A stretch of DNA of 64,000 nt, taken from the NCBI GenBank assembly GCA_963813715.1, contig CAWFAK010000009.1, positions 288,001 through 352,000 on the forward strand. The letters are read 5' to 3'. Positions within the stretch are counted from its first letter, which is position 1. Each line of letters begins with the position of its first letter. Shown here one piece after another: positions 21,780 through 33,972 of the stretch. Origin of the DNA: an uncultured Planctomycetaceae bacterium (GTDB lineage: Bacteria > Planctomycetota > Planctomycetia > Planctomycetales > Planctomycetaceae). Made by a program: the position numbers and the translations under genes. The notes under the pieces were generated by a model that saw only the letters and a list, made by a program, of their open reading frames with translations, had not been told where the DNA came from and did not search any database.

Positions 21780-24112
21780 GCCGTTCTTTGCTCCGGATAC
21801 TTGATCCGCGAGTGATAAATGCCGATCAGCGATTTGACGAGCGATTCCTCGATAGCGTGAATTTCCGACAATGTCAGCGCGCACTCGTCGAACTGGCCGT
21901 CAAGGAGCCGGCTCATCGCAATGTCGTGCACCAGGTTCTCGATCCGCTTGGGCGTCGGATCACTGAGCGTGCGGCTCGCGCTCTCGACGGCGTCGGCCAG
22001 CATCAGCACCCCGGCCTCCCGCGATTGCGGCTTTGGTCCCGGATAGCGGAAGGCCGACTCTTCGACGCCCGGGCGATAGTCGGGCTGGCGATCGGCCTGC
22101 CGCTCGGCCTCGCGATAGAAATACTCGACGAGTGTCGTGCCGTGATGCTGCTCGATGAAGTCGATCAGCGGCCGCGGCAGGTTGTATTGCCCGGCCAGGT
22201 CGACGCCGTCTTTGACGTGGCCGATGATGATCAGAGTGCTCATTGCCGGCGCCAGGTGCTGATGCCGACTGGGGCTGCCTTCGGTACTGTTTTCGACGAA
22301 GTAGTGCGGCTTGAGCATCTTACCGATGTCGTGATAATACGCGCCGACGCGAACCAAAAGGCCGTTGGCCCCGATCCGTTCCGCGGCCGTTTCGCCGATC
22401 GTCGCCACGGCAATCGAGTGGTTGTAGGTGCCGGGAGCCAGCCGCACGAGCTCGCGCAACAGCGGGTGCGAGATGTCGCTCATCTCGAGCAGGCTGATAT
22501 TCGTGACCACGCCAAAGGCCTGCTCGATGAACGGCAAACTTCCGGCAACCAGGTACCCGGCCACCAGACACCAGCCGGCCGTCCGCGCGCCGCGGATGAA
22601 GACGCTCTGGTCGAACCACGGTCCAGTGACCGGTTCGCCGGCCAGCAGCTCAAAGCCCGCCGAAATCAAGAAGCAGGCAGCCGCCGTCTGAAAGCCGACC
22701 TTCACCAATCGCGAGCGGGAAGCGATCCGCCCCAGCGGGGCGACGGCAATCACCGCGACAGCGATCAGCAACACCAACTCACCCACGCTCCCCGTCGTTG
22801 ACGGCGTGAGCACCAGCGCCAGTGACACGGCCGTGAGAATCGCCAGCTCGTTGCCGTACACAATGGCCAACACCATCACGACGACGATGATGGGCACGAT
22901 CTCCGCCCGCCACGGGTCGAACGAGAGCACGTCCCCCAGCACAACGCCCGAGACGCACATCGTCAAATAAACGAACAGTCGCCCCGGGCTGGCGATCATT
23001 CGCGGCTCGTTGTGCCGCAGGTAGAGGCCGATGATCGCGGCGAGGATCAACAGCATGCCGCTCACGGTGGCGATGCGGAGGAACTTGCGGGCCGGCGTCA
23101 GGCGGGAGCCCAGTGATTCATGCTCGGTTCGCAGCACGGCCAACCGCTCGTCGTCGATGAAGGTCCGCGCGGGAACGAGGATCGTGTTCCGCGGGTATTC
23201 GAGCATCACGGGCAGCGTGCGCTCTCGCGCTTCATGCCGCGCCTGTAGCGTGGCCGCACCGTCGTAACTCAGGGTCACCGGCGCTTGCTTCACCAGCCAG
23301 CGCTCGAAAAGTCGGCGGCAGGCGTTGAGCCGCGGATATTTGGACCAGGCCTGGCCGAGCAGCCCGCTTTCTTTGAGCAACTCCGCCAACTGCACGTCCG
23401 CCGGGAAGACGATCTCCTGAGGCGTGACGCCGACGGGGATCTCGGATTTTGCCGGCACGATCGCCAGGCTTTGGTCGCCGCCGATCTTGTTGGCCGCGAA
23501 TTGATCGACGTCGGCCAGGCCCCGCGTGCGAAGGATGGCGGTGAAGTCCTGAAATTCCTTGATCACGGATTCAATCTGATTGCCGGCCGCACCCGGTCGC
23601 GGCGTGACGACCCGCCGCAGGATCGAAAATTCCTCCTCGGGCGGCAGGGCGCGAGGATTGGCCGGACCGCCCCGCCCGTCGGCTGTCAGTCCGAATGCGT
23701 CCTGAGTCTTGGGCGAGACGTCCTTCAGCGATTTCGCGTCCGCAATCTCCCGCAAATTGGCCCGTAGCTTGGCCGGCAACAGTACCAGCGGCTCGGGATC
23801 GTTGCGGAAGATGTGGGGCGTTTGCGCCTCGGCGTCGGCCCGGGCCCGGTCGGTGTTGAAGCGGTCGACGCGCTTGAAATCGACGCGGGCGATAATTCCG
23901 TGGTCGATGAAGTCGCCGATGCGATACGGAAACGGAGACTGCCAGGCTCGCAGGCAAATCACCAGGGCAGCCAGGGCGAGCCCGCACATGCCCAGTCGCA
24001 GCCAGACCGCGCGGTTGGCCACCGGCTGGCGGATGGCGTCTAAAAACGAGCCGGCCGGCTTAAGGGGTAAGGCTCGGGAGAAGCGTCTCTTCCGAAAGCC
24101 GAACACAGCCAT
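21776..24112 (-). CDS. 7TM-HD (HDIG) phosphohydrolase, PgpH-like
   Basis: Extracytoplasmic domain, 7 TMs, APGTYNHS, YYHDIGK, HHGT, FRYPGPKP, LADAVESASR. Confidence 0.92.
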   Translation of the reverse strand: MAVFGFRKRRFSRALPLKPAGSFLDAIRQPVANRAVWLRLGMCGLALAALVICLRAWQSPFPYRIGDFIDHGIIARVDFKRVDRFNTDRARADAEAQTPHIFRNDPEPLVLLPAKLRANLREIADAKSLKDVSPKTQDAFGLTADGRGGPANPRALPPEEEFSILRRVVTPRPGAAGNQIESVIKEFQDFTAILRTRGLADVDQFAANKIGGDQSLAIVPAKSEIPVGVTPQEIVFPADVQLAELLKESGLLGQAWSKYPRLNACRRLFERWLVKQAPVTLSYDGAATLQARHEARERTLPVMLEYPRNTILVPARTFIDDERLAVLRTEHESLGSRLTPARKFLRIATVSGMLLILAAIIGLYLRHNEPRMIASPGRLFVYLTMCVSGVVLGDVLSFDPWRAEIVPIIVVVMVLAIVYGNELAILTAVSLALVLTPSTTGSVGELVLLIAVAVIAVAPLGRIASRSRLVKVGFQTAAACFLISAGFELLAGEPVTGPWFDQSVFIRGARTAGWCLVAGYLVAGSLPFIEQAFGVVTNISLLEMSDISHPLLRELVRLAPGTYNHSIAVATIGETAAERIGANGLLVRVGAYYHDIGKMLKPHYFVENSTEGSPSRHQHLAPAMSTLIIIGHVKDGVDLAGQYNLPRPLIDFIEQHHGTTLVEYFYREAERQADRQPDYRPGVEESAFRYPGPKPQSREAGVLMLADAVESASRTLSDPTPKRIENLVHDIAMSRLLDGQFDECALTLSEIHAIEESLVKSLIGIYHSRIKYPEQRTA

Positions 24113-24255
24113 CTTGGCGACCTGGAGGGACCGACTGCGACTTTCCCGCGATCGCGCGGAGCCGTGGGTCGGACGGGCGACCGGTGCCAATTCTAGAACA
24201 GACCCGCCCCGAGTGCGACAGCGCCCCGGATGGGCCTCGGGCGAGGTCCATCGCC

Positions 24256-24370
24256 GTAGGGTGTGACAAGGCCGCCGGGCAGGCGGCCGCTGGCACACCA
24301 TTCGAAGGCTCGTCAGCCCCGGAAATGGTGTGCCCGTGCGCCGCTTCGCGGGCTGGTTACACACCCCTAC
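24256..24370. repeat. GTAG-type REP doublet / REPIN-like hairpin
   Basis: GTAGGGTGTGAC...GTTACACACCCCTAC outer arms and GGCACACCATT/AATGGTGTGCC inner arms. Confidence 0.65.
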
Positions 24371-24401
24371 TTCACTGATAACGACCGCCGGGTCGGCGCC
24401 T

Positions 24402-25358
24402 TTAGTGCTTCCGGGGGCGGCCGCCGCGGTCGTCTTTTTCGTAAGCGCGGACAATTTCTTTCACGAGGCGGTGGCGGACGATGTCGCGACCCGTCATTTC
24501 GACGATGCCGACCCGTTCGATCCCGTCGAGCCGACCCATGGCGTCGGTCAAGCCACAGGCCATGTGGGGAGGCAGATCGACCTGCGTAATGTCGCCAGTG
24601 ACCACCACTTTCGACCCATTGCCCATCCGCGTCAGAAACATCTTCATCTGGGTGACGGTCGTATTTTGACCTTCGTCCAAGATGATGAAGGTGTTGTTCA
24701 GCGTACGGCCCCGCATGAAGGCCAGCGGAGCGATCTCGACTACGTCCCTCTCCATGTAGCGCTTGACGGTTTCGTAGTCTAGGATGTCGTGCAATGCGTC
24801 GAGCACGGGCCGCAGATACGGATTGACCTTGGCGAAGATGTCGCCGGGCAGAAAGCCCAGCTTTTCACCCGCCTCAACTGCGGGGCGAACCAGCACGATC
24901 TTGCGGGCCTGCTCGGTCCGCAGGGCGTTCACCGCCTTGGCGACGGCCAGGTATGTTTTGCCGCAGCCGGCCGGCCCGATGCAGAAGATGAGGTCGTTCT
25001 GGTCGATGGCCCGGACGTATTCGGCCTGTCCCTCGCTACGTGGGTGAACCTTGCGACTGGCCGCGAAGACGTCGATCCCCTCCGCCGGAGTGACGCCGTT
25101 GCCCCCGTAAGCCTGCAGGATCTGGCCGACGTCCGCGTCAGTGATCTGGCCGCTTTCCTCAAAGATGCGGCGGAGCTTTTGAAAGACTTCGAGGCCGCGG
25201 CGGACGTGCTCGTCGTCCCCCTTGAGGCGGAGTTCGTCCCCCCGCAAGACCACATCGATACCCAAAACCTCCCGGACTTTGCGGAGGTATTCGTCGCGGG
25301 CTCCGAACAGAGTTCGGACTTCATTTTGATCGGGGAACGCGAGAGTCGCTTCTGACAT
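24402..25358 (-). CDS. phoH: PhoH family ATPase (YbeZ-type)
   Basis: GPAGCGKT, RPAVEAGEKLGFLPGD, FMRGRTL, LDEGQN, GDITQVDL. Confidence 0.95.
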   Translation of the reverse strand: MSEATLAFPDQNEVRTLFGARDEYLRKVREVLGIDVVLRGDELRLKGDDEHVRRGLEVFQKLRRIFEESGQITDADVGQILQAYGGNGVTPAEGIDVFAASRKVHPRSEGQAEYVRAIDQNDLIFCIGPAGCGKTYLAVAKAVNALRTEQARKIVLVRPAVEAGEKLGFLPGDIFAKVNPYLRPVLDALHDILDYETVKRYMERDVVEIAPLAFMRGRTLNNTFIILDEGQNTTVTQMKMFLTRMGNGSKVVVTGDITQVDLPPHMACGLTDAMGRLDGIERVGIVEMTGRDIVRHRLVKEIVRAYEKDDRGGRPRKH

Positions 25359-25669
25359 GGTCACCTGATTAGACCGATGGTGTGGGGCCCAAAACGCGAG
25401 GCCAGTCATCAATTCTACTCCCGCGGCGGTCGGTTGTCGCGGGGAGCAAATGCCTTCATGACTTGTCCGGAACTAACGGTTTGTCCACGCTTCCCCCGCC
25501 GTTCGACCAGCCAACTGTTTAAACCCTTGTCCGCATTGCGATTGTGAGGAAACCCAGAGACACGTGGGATGCTCTAAAGGTTCGGCAGATAGCCGTTCGA
25601 TGAAATGGTCTGAATCGACAACCGCGCACGCGCTGCGCCGCGGTCTGCGCAATTTAGGAGCGACAATTG

Positions 25670-27656
25670 ATGTCCGAGTCGTTCTTCGGTTTGCGGAAAC
25701 GGCCGTTTGCCGCGCTGCCCAATGTTGACTGCTTTGTGCCGCTGAACGGAATTTGCCAGGCGTACGACGGCCTGCTCCAGACCACCCTCGAAGGACGCGG
25801 GATCGGCATGCTGACCGCGCCTGCCGGCCTCGGCAAAACGCTGGTCTGCCAACGCCTCGCGCGCGAACTTTCCAACCGCTTTTCCGTCGTCTTTCTGCCC
25901 AGCGGCAATTTCCTCACCCGCCGCTCTCTGCTCCAGGCGATCTTATTCGAGCTGGGCCATTCGTTCGTGCGGATGGGCGATCAGGAACTGCGCCTGGCTC
26001 TTTCGGCCATGTTGCAGGCCATTCGCCCCACGCGGCAGGGACTCGTGCTGATCGTCGACGAAGCTCATCTCATGGCCACCCGCATGCTGGAAGAGCTGCG
26101 GGCCCTCCTCAACCTGGGCGAAGGGGACGAGCCGCTTGTCCGCTTGATCGTCAGCGGGCAGCTGGGTCTCGAAGAGACGTTGTCGCGGCCGCAATGCGAC
26201 GCTTTCAATCAACGGATTGCCTGCCAGGTGATGCTGCCCGTCCCTCACACGCGACGAATCGACGAGCTACATCACACGGCGGCTGGCGTGGGCCGGGGCA
26301 AACGTTTCCGATGTTTTCGCCCGCGACGCGCTGGCCGCCATCTGCGAAGCGTCCGACGGCGTGCCCCGTTGCCTGCACCAACTGGCCGACCACTGTCTGA
26401 CGCTGGCCACCAATCGCACCGAAAAGCCGATCAACCTCCGCACCGTGCGCGAGGCCCTCGACCACCTGAAGCAGCTGCCGCTGACTTGGGCCGAGCCGAC
26501 CGTCGGCCGCGGCACGACCAATCCGCTGGAGATGGCCCGCGCTCAAGCGGCCGCCATGTCCAATGCGTCGAGCGATCTGGACGGCCCGATGTGCCGTCCG
26601 ATGACCGACGCCGCCAAAGCGAATCGCCTGGACGAAATGCTGCCCGACACATATCCGCTGCAGGCCGATCGCTCCGTGATTGAGACCGAGTACGACGTTC
26701 CCACGGTGCACAATTCGTGGGAACTCGATTCCGAATCCGAGCTCGTGTCGCCCTCGCTGGACCACGATTCGATTCGCCGCGTCGATTCGGTAATCAACCG
26801 CGATCCCTACACTGGGGTTGCCGACAACGATGGCGAACTGATCGACACCATCGTCCCGGCCGTGGTCGGCAGCGAGTTCGACCTGGGCGGGACAGACGAC
26901 TTCGACGTGACCAATCTGGGCGGAACAATCGAGTTCGGTGACTCAATCGAGGTCGAATCAAACGAGGCTGAATTGAACGAGATCGAGTCGAACGAGCCTG
27001 TATCGAACGAGATTGCGTCGAACGAGCTCGTGTCAAAGAAGGCTGTGTCGAACAGCATGTCGCCAGTGGGCAATCTGCCCACTCAGACACGAACCGTCCA
27101 CGCGGAGGTCTTGCCCGAGATCGAAACGACAATCGAGACGAAGCCGCTGGGCGGCCGCAACGTCACTCGATCGAATTACGTCACGGCGTCGGAAGTTGCG
27201 GACGGAATCATCGCTGACAAAACGGTCACTGAGAAAGTGGTCGCTGCAGAGGCAGTCGACGAAGAAGTCGTGATCGACCGCTATGCCGCCCTCGATTCGG
27301 CCATCAATCGCCTGACCCGCACCATGCTCACGGTGCGAGCCAACGCCCGGACGAGGGCTGGGGAACCGATCGTTCTGCCCGAGCCCCCGGCGAGCAAAGC
27401 GATCTCGCTCGCGGCCCTCGATGCCGTGCATCAACGGTTCGACGTCGTGCTGCCCGAGGATGATCCGATCGAGGTGAAGGCGCCGGTGCTGGAGTCGTCT
27501 CGACAGACCGTCACGGCCGTCAGCTCCACAGTGGCGACGGCCGTCGCCACGCCTGCTCCCGCCGTTCGCGACACGTCGACGCGCAGCGCGGCCGACGAGC
27601 GTCGGCCTTACCAGCTGCTCTTCAGCGAGCTGCGTCGCAAGCGTCGCCGGGTCTAA
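25670..27656 (+). CDS. ExeA/GspA-like AAA ATPase with long acidic C-terminal tail (frameshift near 26240)
   Basis: FFGLRKRPF start, APAGLGKT Walker A, LIVDEAH Walker B, GVPRCLHQLAD. Confidence 0.8.
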
Positions 27657-27675
27657 GACTCGGCAGCCTAACCCG

Positions 27676-28695
27676 TCAACGCGCGGCTTCCTCTTCGCGA
27701 TTTTTGAGAGGCTGCCGGTCGTAGGCGAGCGCCCACGCGCGGAACTCGGTGTCGAGCGATGACAGATCGTTGACTGCGAACAGGCCGCGGAGCGTGCGCA
27801 AACCGGTGGGGTCGCTGCCGGCCGCCTGGCGGAACTTGCGGTAAAACGCCTCGAGCAGCCCGCGCTGTTGCAGGTACAGGCAGAAGTAGCGGGCGTGGGC
27901 ATAATCGATCGCCTGCCGATCGTTGCGGACGCGGGCCTCGCCGATCAAGGATTCGAGCGGCCGTAGCGTTCCATCGCGAAGCGCCGGCAAGAGGTCGCGG
28001 CTCCGCCAGTTGCCCCGGCCCGTGATGTGCAGCCGGTCCTGGGAGAAGCGGGCCTCTTCGAAGAGCGATGCCAGCCCCTCGTCGAACCATTCGGGCATGT
28101 CGGGAAAGTCGAAGTGGGCGAGCGCGTGCGTAAGCTCGTGCGCGAGGGTCCCCTCCCCCGTGTCGAGATTGACGATGAGCCGCCGATCCTTGCGCTCGTA
28201 GTAGCCGGCGTAGGCGGCGCGGCCGCGTCCCTCGAGGGCATAGGAGCAGCGCTCGTAGGCGTCGTCGCCCGAGAGCAACACGATGGTCACCGGCTGATCG
28301 GGCGAGCGGTCGAAGAAGGCGATCGACAGGGCGCGCTGCGCCGGCAGGATGGTTTCGCGATAAACGCGCTCGAGCCGCGCTGCGTCAAAATCGCCAAAGA
28401 TCACGAACGGCGTATGCACGATCGAGACATACTCGTGACCCAGCCTCCGCGACATTTGTTCGCGAACCCGCTGGCAGCCAGCGACGAGCGATTTTTGCAG
28501 CGGATCGGCAGTCTCTGGATGGGCCGACTCCGGTCGGGCCGGCTCCGGACGGGAGGCGTGCGCGGCGCGCGGGGTTTCGGCCGGTTCGATGGTGCTGGCG
28601 GCCGGCGCAGTCTGTTGGATGTCCGGCCGTGTCGCCAAGAATGCCGCCGCCAGAATGGCGATCGGTCCCAGGATGAGAGTGAGCAAACGGCCCAT
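27676..28695 (-). CDS. DUF1570/peptidase MA-like zincin
   Basis: N-terminal signal/anchor, TLAHELTHAL HExxH, PEWFDEGLASLFE. Confidence 0.75.
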   Translation of the reverse strand: MGRLLTLILGPIAILAAAFLATRPDIQQTAPAASTIEPAETPRAAHASRPEPARPESAHPETADPLQKSLVAGCQRVREQMSRRLGHEYVSIVHTPFVIFGDFDAARLERVYRETILPAQRALSIAFFDRSPDQPVTIVLLSGDDAYERCSYALEGRGRAAYAGYYERKDRRLIVNLDTGEGTLAHELTHALAHFDFPDMPEWFDEGLASLFEEARFSQDRLHITGRGNWRSRDLLPALRDGTLRPLESLIGEARVRNDRQAIDYAHARYFCLYLQQRGLLEAFYRKFRQAAGSDPTGLRTLRGLFAVNDLSSLDTEFRAWALAYDRQPLKNREEEAAR

Positions 28696-29025
28696 GGTCT
28701 TCTTCGCGAGACTTCGCGATTGCGCAGGAGGCACGCCACCGAAGCGAAGCTCGCTTCATCCTACCCGGATCGAATTGTCGCCGGCACGGCGGCGCGGCCT
28801 CCGGCGGCGGTTTTCGTCGATTGTCCCCTCTTGACCCGGTTGCTACGATTCAACCGCAAAGATTCGCGTATCCGATACGTCCGATCCTTGCCCTAGCGCC
28901 GGCGAGTGATTCAAGGCCATCGGCCCTCGGGCCGATGACATGGATGTCCAAACCTCGGACCGGCGCTCCCGGTCCGTCTCTATGGCCGCCGGCTCAGCCG
29001 GCTCTCCAACGGACTGGGTCACCGA

Positions 29026-30979
29026 ATGCACACCGGCCCCTCGGCGCTGACGACTGGACGTTCGAGTGTTCCGTACGCAACCACTACAGACGGGCGACGC
29101 GTAACCCGGCGGCGAATCGACCGCTCGGAGATGCAGGGAGAAACGTGCTGCTCGATGTATCGGACGCTCGGTGCACATCCCGATGTGGTTGACGGCGCCG
29201 CCGGTACCCGTTTTGCCGTCTGGGCTCCCAATGCGGCCGACGTCTCGGTCGTCTGTAACGCCAACGGCTGGAAGCCCGGTCAAAACCGGCTCTGGGGCAG
29301 CGACTCGGGCATCTGGTCCGGCTTTGTCCCCGGGATGAAGCACGGCGACGTTTACAAGTACATCATTCGCACGCGTGACAACCGTTCTCTCGAAAAATCC
29401 GATCCGGTCGCTTTTTACGCCGAGGTGCCGCCTCGGACCGCGTCCATCGTCTACCAGCTGCCCAACTTTCCCTGGCAGGACGGCAACTGGATGCAGAAGC
29501 GGGCGCACACCAATTGGTTCGAGCGGCCGATCTCCATCTACGAAGTGCACCTGGGCTCGTGGCGGCGGCCAAAAGATGGACGCCGTTACTTAAGCTACCG
29601 GGAGCTGGCTCAGCAGCTCGTCGACTACACGCACGAGATGGGCTACACGCACCTGCAGCTCATGCCCTTGTGCGAGTTCCCCTACGACGGCTCGTGGGGC
29701 TACCAGACCACCGGCTATTTCGCGCCACCAGCCGCTTCGGCACGCCCGAAGACTTCATGCACTTCGTCGACTACTGTCACCAGGCCGACGTCGGCGTGAT
29801 CATCGACTGGGTGCCGGCCCACTTCCCCTGCGACGGCCACGCGCTGGGCCACTTTGACGGCACGGCCGTTTACGAGCACTCCGACCCGCGCAGGGAATGC
29901 ACCCCGACTGGGGCACGTACATCTTCAACTACGGTCGCTCCGAGGTCCGCGACTTCCTGCTGTCGAGCGCGCGGTTCTGGCTCGAGACCTATCACGTCGA
30001 CGGCCTGCGGGTCGACGCCGTCGCCTCCATGCTTTACCTCGACTACTCGAGGAAGGCCGGCGAGTGGATCCCCAACCGTTACGGCGGACGCGAAAATCTC
30101 GAGGCGATCCAGTTCCTCAAGGATCTCAACGTCCACCTGCACGGCGCCTTCCCCGGCGTTCTGACCATTGCAGAAGAATCGACCGCTTGGGGCGGCGTCT
30201 CGGCCCCCGTCTATAACGGCGGCCTGGGCTTCAGCATGAAGTGGGACATGGGCTGGATGAACGACACGCTCCGCTACCTGCGGCACGAGCCCGTGCATCG
30301 CAAGTTCCACCAGAACGAGCTTTCGTTCCGCATGGTCTACGCCTTCACCGAAAACTTCATCCTGCCCCTCTCGCACGACGAGGTCGTGCACGGCAAGCGG
30401 TCCCTCATCTCGCAGATGCCCGGCGACTACTGGCAGCAGTTCGCCAGCCTGCGGCTGCTCTACGGCTACCAGTACACCATGCCCGGCAAGAAGCTGCTCT
30501 TCATGGGGGGCGAGTTCGGGCAGTGGACCGAATGGAACTACGACTCGGAACTCGACTGGGCCCTCTTCGGCCACAAGTACCACGACTCGCTGCGGCGGTA
30601 CGTCGGCGACCTCAACCGCGTCTACCGCTCCGAGCCGGCGCTCTACGAAATCGACTTCCGCTCCGAAGGCTTTCGCTGGATTCAGGCCGACGATTACCAG
30701 AACAGCGTCTACGCCTATTACCGGATCGCCAAAGACCCCAACGACATTGTGGTGGTGCTCGAAAATTTCACGCCGGTTCCCCGCCAGGCCTACCGCGTGG
30801 GCGTGCCGCGGGCCGGCTGCTACCGCGAGATCATTAACAGCGACGCGGCGATCTACGGCGGCAGCAACCTCGGCAACGCGGGAGCCGTCTACACGGAGCC
30901 AATCCCCGCCCACGGCCACGCACAGAGCCTGTCGCTGACTCTGCCGCCGTTGGCCATGCTCATGCTGAAGCCCGTTTAG
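29026..30979 (+). CDS. glgB: 1,4-alpha-glucan branching enzyme (frameshifts near 29725 and 29893)
   Basis: [56 protein letters not shown]. Confidence 0.95.
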
Positions 30980-31278
30980 AGATTTCGGGGCACGACCGAT
31001 TACGGCTTACGGCCCGCGACGGATTTCAGCCATAACGGGGGGAACGCGCCTCCGCCTCCCCGCGTCAAAACTTTGGTGAAGTGGGCGGCGACGCGTTCCA
31101 CTGGGCTCCCAACGCGTAAATTCTCCGGTTTCATCGCTGGAAGCCGCCCGACGTCTTTGGTTCCTCGGGCTGGCGGCGGTACAATAGACGCGCGGCCGGT
31201 GTTTAATTCTGTGGCTGGCGACCCGTCTCCCCTCCCCGGGTTCCCTTTCACCGTCCGTCCGGCACGCGGAGAACGATC

Positions 31279-32597
31279 ATGAGCCTTCGCGGTGATTGTC
31301 GATGGGTGGCGGTCTTGGCGGCCGTCTCTCTCCTCCAAGCGGCCAAACCAGCGACCGCCGATAGCGTCAAGTTGCAAAACGGCGGCGTGGTCGCGGGCTC
31401 CGTCACGACGGGGACCAAACAAGTCAGCGTGCGGACGGCGACCGGCGCTCTGATCGTCTTCGAGCGTGCAGCGGTCAAACAGGTTGTCCGCGGTCATGCC
31501 TCGCCGAAGTCGAGCCCAACCGTGACGAAGACCTCGTCTCGTTCCTCGTCGAAGCTCGCTCTGACGGCCGCCGAAGACAACTGGGTGCCGCGGGTCCGCG
31601 GGCTCGTCTCGCGATTGTTCGGGGGCGACCGCGAGAAATCGCGACAGGCCCGCCGTGCGCTTAGTCAAATCGACGACGTCGACGCCATCCCTGCGCTCAG
31701 CGTGTCGCTGGGCAGCAGTCGTAACGTCGAGGCGCGGCACCTTTACGTGGTGATCCTTCACAATCTGACGGGGCCCAAACCGGTTTATTACCTCGTGGCG
31801 CTTTCGCTCTTCGATCCCTCGCCTGAGATTCGCGCCGACGCCCGCCAGGCGCTGCGTGCCGAACAGTTCGAATCGGCGCGGCTGTTTTACATCGCTGCCC
31901 TGCGTTCGGGCACGCCGGCCCTCGCGCGACGGGCCGCGATTGCGCTGGGCGAGATCGGCGATCCGCGGGGCGATTCGGTCCCCTACTTAATCGACGCGCT
32001 CGTCAGTTACGGCACCATCGCGTCGTTGCGGGCAACGGCGCAGTACAACGTCCTCTATATGAACACGATCGATGCCACACCCGGCCTCAGGATCAGCGAC
32101 TCGAACCTCCACTCCGCGCACGCCACGGGAACCGCACCGCCGCGCCCGCGCGCGATTCGTCCGGCACGCTGCCAAATCCCGTCGACTTGGTCACTCGCTC
32201 CGACGACAATGTCGGCCAGTCTTCACCGGCGAGCTCCGCGATTTCGAACGGGCCGGCCACTCCGCAGGCCGCGGATGCCCAGCCCAGCTTCGCCACTCCC
32301 GTGGTCGCGCCGACAACCATGACCGGCAGCGCCAGTCCGACGAATCCGATCATCGCCGACGAATCCTACGATCCGCCAAAGAAGAAGTGCGGCTCGCACG
32401 ACCGGCCGCTCACCGGCTACGTCGACCATCCCGAAGTGCTCGATGCGCTCGTCAAAATCACCGACCAGCAATCGCCGGGTTACGGGTTCAACCAGGACCG
32501 CTGGCGGAGCTGGTGGATGAACGAAAAGACCAACCGCGATTTGCAAAAACCGAACACAAACGACGGAATCGTAGCGGCCAACAAGGCCGCCAAATAA
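31279..32597 (+). CDS. Secreted HEAT-repeat protein, paralog 1 (frameshift(s) near 32140-32190)
   Basis: Signal peptide, DSVKLQNGG, RRAAIALGEIGD, C-terminal HPEVLDALVKIT...GFNQDRWRSWW. Confidence 0.75.
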
Positions 32598-32632
32598 TGT
32601 TCCGTTCGACTTGCGTGTGTGGAGGGCAGGCC

Positions 32633-33972
32633 ATGCACTTGCGAAAATGCTCTCGATCCGGCGTCGTTCTGGCCGTCGGTGCGTCACTCGCGATCGGCGC
32701 GGGCGCTCCGAGCCGACAACGTCAAGCTGGACGGCGGCGGCTCGCTCAGCGGCTCCGTGATGACGGGCTCGAAGGTCGTCACCGTGCGAACGGCCACCAG
32801 CGGCCTGATCGTGTTCGATCGGGCCGACGTCAAACAGGTCACCCACGGCCACACCGCGGCCGCCAAGACCGCCTCGAACGCGGCCGGCGCCAAAACCCCG
32901 CCGAAGAAGCGTAAGCTGACGGCCGAGGAAGAAGCCTGGATGCCCAAAGTCCGCACGTTGGTCTCGCGGCTCTTCGGCAGCGATCGCGAGCGATCGCGGC
33001 AGGCCCACAACGCGCTCCTCAACATCGACGACGTCGACGCCATTCCCGCGATCAGCACCTATCTCGCCGGCCGCCGCAACGAAGAAGCACGCCACCTTTA
33101 TCTCGTGATTCTCCATAACCTGAAAGGGCCGAAGCCCGTTTACTATCTGGTCGCGCTGTCGCTCTTCGACGAATCGCCGCAGATTCGCTCCGAGGCGCGG
33201 AAAGCGATACGCGAAGATCAGCTCGACGCGGCGCGGGTGTTGTACATCGCCGCACTGCGCTCCGGCCCCCCCAAGCTTGCGCGGATCGCGGCCATCGGCC
33301 TGGGCGAGATCGGCGATCCTCGCGGCAACTCCGTGCCGTTCTTGATCAACGCACTCGTGAGCTATGGGACCGTCGCCACGATCACGGAGCCGGCGCAGTT
33401 CGGTCTGCTCTACAGCATCACTGTCAGCGCCACGCCCGGACTCAACTTCTCCAACAATATCTTCGACAACCCGAATATTGGAGCGATTTACACCGGGCAG
33501 GGGACGTCGCCGATCACTCTGACTCAGTCCGGCATGGCCCAGGCGGAGGCGGCCCTCAAGAATGCAACCGCTCCGGGTCAATCCTTGGGAATCGGCGGCA
33601 CGATGTACGTCCGCGACGGCTTTCACGGAGGACAAAACGCCGACTTTACGCCCAATTCCAAAGGGGTACCGAACATCCAACTGCAGGAAACGCACGCCCC
33701 TTCCGGCCGCCCCACAGCGTCTTCAACCGTCGACAACTACACAATTCCGGTCTACGGGCAAACGGCGCCGCGCGCACGATCTGCGAATCCGCGGGAAGGC
33801 CGACCACCCCGAGGTGCTCGACGCCCTCCTCAAAATCACCGATCAGAAATACCCCGGTCATGGCTTCAACCAGGACCATTGGCGGAGCTGGTGGGCTAAC
33901 GAAAAGATCAATCGCGGCCTCCAGGAACGCACTCCCGACCGGCCCATTTCCGCCAACGGCACATCCCACTAA
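32633..33972 (+). CDS. Secreted HEAT-repeat protein, paralog 2 (frameshifts near 32710 and 33770)
   Basis: Near-collinear with paralog 1 at N- and C-termini (GPKPVYYLVALSLFD; HPEVLDALLKIT...WRSWW). Confidence 0.75.

Noticed and set aside
24113..24401. c-di-AMP riboswitch upstream of the PgpH-like gene
   Set aside because: No recognisable ydaO consensus by eye; structure is explained by a REP-like palindrome
19663..25358. phoH-HDIG-ybeY-CNNM cluster as a novel system
   Set aside because: Well-known conserved gene neighbourhood
29700..29900. Programmed frameshifting or phase variation in glgB and other split genes
   Set aside because: No slippery heptamers or long SSRs; indels are scattered through unrelated housekeeping genes
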